From NCBI GenBank assembly GCA_900128395.1, contig LT649251.1:1-60357 (forward strand): a stretch of 60,357 nt of DNA. The letters run 5' to 3'. Position numbers and translations under genes: made by a program. The DNA is from Stramenopiles sp. TOSAG23-2 (Eukaryota). A model generated the notes under the pieces. That model worked only from the letters and a program-made list of their open reading frames with translations, did not search any database and was not told the origin of the DNA. Position 1 is the first letter of the stretch. Each line of letters begins with the position of its first letter. Shown here one piece after another: positions 55,921-60,357 of the stretch.

Positions 55921-58608
55921 TTATGCTCTTCTACCACCAGTAAACACTCCATTGATTTCTTTATACGTTTTCAATTGACCTTCTAAACTTATAATGGTTT
56001 TGTTAGCATCGTCAAGCTTTTTCTCTTTAGATTTACGATATAATTTTTCTTTCTCAAATTGCTCTCTCTTATGTTTCAATTTTTCAGCTAAATTATCATA
56101 ATTTGATTTAAGTTCTTCGTATTTTTGCAACTCTTCTCCCTGTCGCTCATTTTCCAGCTCAAGATCTTCCACTCGTAATCTATATGCTTTTATTTCTTGT
56201 AAATGTATTTCTCGTTCTGCAAACAAACTTTCAACTGTAATATTTTGATTTTGAAGTTTTTGGCTTTCTAACTCTACTTCTTGATCAAAAACACTCATTT
56301 CATTTCCAGGGTCGTATACATCATCTTGATTGTAGTCATATTCCATCATCATATTGTTAATATTGTTATTGTTGTTAAAACTGCCGTCCATGTTACCATA
56401 ACCATCAATCGGAATGTTATTGTTATTATTATTATTATTATTAATACTACTACTTTCATTCACCACTTTATTTACCATCTTCCCATCATCGCCTGCTATT
56501 ATTTTCTGTTTTTTTTGCTGTTCTTCTTCAGTGGAATTATTTTTATTATATTCATCAGACAATTTCCTTTTCTTATTGGTATTATTGTTGTTATCGTTAT
56601 TATTATTATTTACAACGTTTGTAGTAGTGGTGGTAGTAGTAGTTGCTGTAGTCAATAACGTGGTAGCATTGTTGTTACTACTGTTACTTCCACCATTGTG
56701 CTCTCCTTCATCACTTTTACATCGCCGGGCAGTAATTGGTTTCTCACGAAGTGGTTTATAATTATCTTTATTTTCTTTTACAATCATTGGTAATCGATTT
56801 ACATAATCTTTCCAGTTAGTATCATAAAGAATTTTTATTAACTTTAAAAAAATTAATGGTTTGCTCCCATTGTTTTCGAATATGATTTTTGAAATACCAA
56901 CTTGAACTACATCGCCACATACTAAATTTTGTATGTCGTTGAAATTATTAAGCTGGAGAGTTTTGGATATGTAACCATCTTTATTAAAACCAAGAAGAAT
57001 AAAAAAACCTGCCTTAACATTTTTTGCTACGATGCCAATATATGTAGTCTTCATAGATAAATGAATATATGAATGTTCTTGACCACATCTTAATCCAGAA
57101 CAGCTTTTTCTATCAATTGCAAAATCTGCACAGCATCTTTTTGATTTAAATGTGTAAAGATAAGGAAGTGGCGTTGTCTTACGTGGAGAAGGTTGTACAA
57201 TCATTGGTAATCGATGTTCATAAACTAACCAACTTTCATAAACTAATCCTTTCAACTTAAATTCAATCAATGGTTTCCTCCCATTTTTTTTCATATTTAC
57301 AATACCACAAACTTGAACATGAACTACCATACCTGGTTTTAACTGTTCCAAAACGCCATCCTGTAGATGGCATATAGGTATTGCACCGTCTTTAGTAAAA
57401 CCAAAATTAACGAAAACGTTCTTTCCTCTCACCATATCGACTATGCCAACATAAGTATCGTAATAATTTACGCGAATATCTGAATGTCTCCAACCACATT
57501 CACCAACATCTATAAATTCAGAACATTTTTGCTTTCCGTCAATTGCAAAATTTATACAACATTTCGTCGAAGAACGTTTATAAAGTGGCTTTTCTGGAAG
57601 TTTTGCTTTTGCTGATGAAATAGAAGAAGCAGCTACTGCTTTTATACGATCTAATATTTTCGCTTCTTCATATTCCGATGTTTCTAATGAACCAGTTGGT
57701 TTTGTACCACCTATGCGTAATAGTTGTTGTTGTTCTTGTTGTTGTGGTGGTGGTGGTTGTTGTTGTCGCTGTTGATATTGCATTTGCTGCTGCGGTTGCT
57801 GAGTTTCAGTTGATTGTTCTACTCCAGTTTGTTGATTCACGGCTCGGATAGAGAAATTATAATCAGGTTTACCATTTAAAAGATTTTGCTTAATTTCTAT
57901 AACTTTAACATATACTTTTTGATTTCGTTCCACCACTGCATGGACATCGCTTACAAAAGCATTTAATATATTCCGTTTTTTTACCAGTCCAAAATATCCT
58001 GCATGTCGTCCATCTAATTGCACAAAACATCCAAAATCCCTGATTGCGTTAATAAAACCATGGCATATTTCATTTTCTTCTGGTCTTTTCCCTAGAAGGT
58101 TTCCTTGCTGAACAGTTGGTTGATCGACTCCAGTTTGTTCATTCACAGCTGTCAAACCATCCATTGACGCATTTATAACTTTACTATTCTTACTACAAAT
58201 GTTTATGCTAATTTTCTGGCCTTTTTTTATATTCTTTTGGTAATATGGGGTCATCCTGTTCCTTCCCAGTATAATATTGGTTCTAATATTAGCTTGTTCT
58301 TCAAGACCTAATATGTGAAGGTGAGCTGCATCTACATGTTTTATTTTGAGTTGTTTAGAATATGTAATTTTTTTTACAATTGCATCATATGCACAGGTCC
58401 CTATAACAAGGTCATCTATTGCCATTGTCATTTTCTTTTTCTTTATAAATGCACCATCATTATTGCCCCCCCATCTCCTAGTACTCGCCCTATTCGTTGT
58501 ATGACCCCTCGTGCCAACAGCTGTTTCAGTATTACTTTCACCCCATCTTCTGGTATAGTCATTTGATGCAGAAAGTTCTTCTTGCTCACTCCAGCGTTGT
58601 CGTGGCAT
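55921..58608 (-). CDS. Multi-S1-domain RNA-binding protein with CCCH-like zinc fingers and a C-terminal coiled coil
   Basis: GFINAIRDFGCFVQLDG...VERNQKVYVKVIEI...SIRAVNQQTG resembles the PRP22/DHX8 S1 domain; two C-x-FAID-C-C-H plus YxGIV...FxKDG repeats follow. Confidence 0.75.
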   Translation of the reverse strand: MPRQRWSEQEELSASNDYTRRWGESNTETAVGTRGHTTNRASTRRWGGNNDGAFIKKKKMTMAIDDLVIGTCAYDAIVKKITYSKQLKIKHVDAAHLHILGLEEQANIRTNIILGRNRMTPYYQKNIKKGQKISINICSKNSKVINASMDGLTAVNEQTGVDQPTVQQGNLLGKRPEENEICHGFINAIRDFGCFVQLDGRHAGYFGLVKKRNILNAFVSDVHAVVERNQKVYVKVIEIKQNLLNGKPDYNFSIRAVNQQTGVEQSTETQQPQQQMQYQQRQQQPPPPQQQEQQQLLRIGGTKPTGSLETSEYEEAKILDRIKAVAASSISSAKAKLPEKPLYKRSSTKCCINFAIDGKQKCSEFIDVGECGWRHSDIRVNYYDTYVGIVDMVRGKNVFVNFGFTKDGAIPICHLQDGVLEQLKPGMVVHVQVCGIVNMKKNGRKPLIEFKLKGLVYESWLVYEHRLPMIVQPSPRKTTPLPYLYTFKSKRCCADFAIDRKSCSGLRCGQEHSYIHLSMKTTYIGIVAKNVKAGFFILLGFNKDGYISKTLQLNNFNDIQNLVCGDVVQVGISKIIFENNGSKPLIFLKLIKILYDTNWKDYVNRLPMIVKENKDNYKPLREKPITARRCKSDEGEHNGGSNSSNNNATTLLTTATTTTTTTTNVVNNNNNDNNNNTNKKRKLSDEYNKNNSTEEEQQKKQKIIAGDDGKMVNKVVNESSSINNNNNNNNNIPIDGYGNMDGSFNNNNNINNMMMEYDYNQDDVYDPGNEMSVFDQEVELESQKLQNQNITVESLFAEREIHLQEIKAYRLRVEDLELENERQGEELQKYEELKSNYDNLAEKLKHKREQFEKEKLYRKSKEKKLDDANKTIISLEGQLKTYKEINGVFTGGRRA

Positions 58609-59261
58609 CTTCGTTTTCTTGCATAAAACAATAATAATTTGTTATTTGTTATCTAATAAATGAATGGAATTAAACAACAAAATCCTCCCAAGGTTATTTA
58701 TCTATTATTAAAAACAATAAAATGACTCTTTCTATGTATAGGCTTTATATTGTTTCTATCTCGTTCCATTTCTAATATTAAATATATAATAAAAAGATAT
58801 TATAAATTACCACCGTGTGCTACCGGTGGGTGTGGTATAGATTTAATATTTTACGGATCTTTTTATAGCATATTTCATGTGTGCCATAAAAATTGGAAAA
58901 TTAGAGAATACGATACTTTTTATCATGCTGCCTTAGGGCTAGATAAAAAAGAGGAAAAAATGAGATTTATCGTCCGATAAAATTGTTCTAAATTTTGGGA
59001 ATCTGAAAATATAAATATGGAAATCATGATTTTATATTTATAAGTTTTTATAACTATAATAATATAATAATAAGCTATTATATTTAATATTTTACGGATA
59101 TTTTTATAGTATATTTCATGTGTGCCATAAACTTTGGAAAATACGATATTTTGGCCTCAATGCTATTCCCATGCTAAGTATCGAAATTGACTCTGACACA
59201 ACAAAAAAGCAACTACTTGCAGAAGAAACAACAACATGAATTGACAAGAATAAAGTAGAAA

Positions 59262-59634
59262 CAAACATTTATTACATTGCATCATATATATAACAGCGTA
59301 GATATTGACAACACGGTGTATTATTTTTACACAGTTGCAAAAATAAAAACATTTATACATTGCCATTACTACACGAAACATGAATAAGAAAAGGAAATTG
59401 TCTGATGAATATAATAAAAATAATTCCACTGAAGAAGAACAGCAAAAAAAACAGAAAATAATAGATATTGACAACACGGTGTATTATTTTTACACAGTTG
59501 CAAAAATAAAAACATTTATTACATTGCATCATATATATAACAACGTAGATATTGACAACACGGTGTATTGTTTTTACACAGTTGCAAAAATAAAAACAGA
59601 TATACATTGCCATTACTACACGAAACATGAATAA
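59262..59634. repeat. Complex tandem repeat containing an inverted 82 bp copy of coding sequence 56496-56577
   Basis: TAGATATTGACAACACGGTGTATT occurs three times; 59383-59464 is the reverse complement of 56496-56577. Confidence 0.9.
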
Positions 59635-59656
59635 TTACCCTCATACCCCGGGGTCA

Positions 59657-60357
59657 ATGATGAATGGTGGAAATAATAATAATAATAATAGTTCACGTTC
59701 TTCATCCAGACACACACCATACAACATGTACCAACAACCTGCGCAACTCTTACTCGTATGTAAATTGCCAAACAGCAACGCGATAAGCTGTATCGTGGAC
59801 CGTGACATGACTGTGGAAAATGCTATTATACGTATTAAATCACAAGCAAAAACGAATTTTAATGTTGGATTACCAAATGAAGACAAGATAAGCTTATCAA
59901 CTGTCTCAAGATTTGGTTATAGTATACCTCTTGGAAGTAACGAAAGAATTGGAAATTATTTTCCTAACTTTGATGGCGAAATATTTATTTCAACAACAAA
60001 CAAGAAAAGCAACAACAACAACAACAACAATCAAATAGCAAAGAGTAGTCCAAAAAAAAAGAAAAGAAAAGCTGATACGTTGAATAAACCAACATTAACA
60101 CCTTCCTCGTCTTCATCCTCATCTTCTTCCTCTAACGATGATAATAATAATAATCAGAAGAAAAAAAAGATCAGAAAAAAGAAAAAGAAAAAAGCGAAAA
60201 ATGATGCTAATGATGAAGATAATAGTAGTAGTAATAGTAATAATAATGAAGATGATGATGGTGATAATTCTGCAACGGCACAAGTAGCATCGATGCCAGC
60301 ATTACCAGTAGCAGCTAAAACAAAAGCAAAAAAAAAGAAAAAAGTTAAAGATCCAAA
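59657..60357 (+). CDS. 5' part of a gene running off the window, probably an HMG-box nuclear protein
   Basis: Open frame from ATG 59657 to the window end: a globular segment (LLLVCKLPNSNAISCIVDRDMTVENAII), Lys-rich NLS-like tracts, ending KKKKVKDP, the usual lead-in to an HMG box (KDPNxPKRP). Confidence 0.65.
   Translation, partial: MMNGGNNNNNNSSRSSSRHTPYNMYQQPAQLLLVCKLPNSNAISCIVDRDMTVENAIIRIKSQAKTNFNVGLPNEDKISLSTVSRFGYSIPLGSNERIGNYFPNFDGEIFISTTNKKSNNNNNNNQIAKSSPKKKKRKADTLNKPTLTPSSSSSSSSSSNDDNNNNQKKKKIRKKKKKKAKNDANDEDNSSSNSNNNEDDDGDNSATAQVASMPALPVAAKTKAKKKKKVKDP

Noticed and set aside
1-60357. Non-standard genetic code (stop reassignment)
   Set aside because: Long conserved genes are open under the standard code and end in TAA or TGA; interruptions are explained by introns, duplications or one homopolymer indel

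Overview
AT-rich eukaryotic nuclear DNA with the standard genetic code, poly-Asn tracts and short GTAAGT...CTAAC...YAG introns. The gene content (CDPKs, class C GPCR, HOOK, TPR arrays) suggests a protist, possibly a heterotrophic stramenopile (inference only). Housekeeping genes: PUS7/TruD, Csm1-like, two CDPK-family kinases, RPS28, CK2 alpha, HOOK, SDR, WDR89-like, RRP12, Yippee and a DOT1-like methyltransferase. These are interleaved with accessory genes: secreted coiled-coil and Cys-rich proteins, a TM-LRR-LNR protein and a rearranged SPRY-TIR-like-TPR receptor. Intergenic DNA is dense in repeats, including several MITE-like inverted-repeat elements, minisatellites and nine copies of a family that share one fixed end (GATGGTTAAAATCTAAG), vary in length and are often flanked by short direct repeats. 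Several spliced genes missing or fragmented in the ORF track were reconstructed by hand. Many exact 98-137 bp tandem duplications and short inverted copies could be amplification or assembly artefacts, and this caveat applies to the rearrangement findings.
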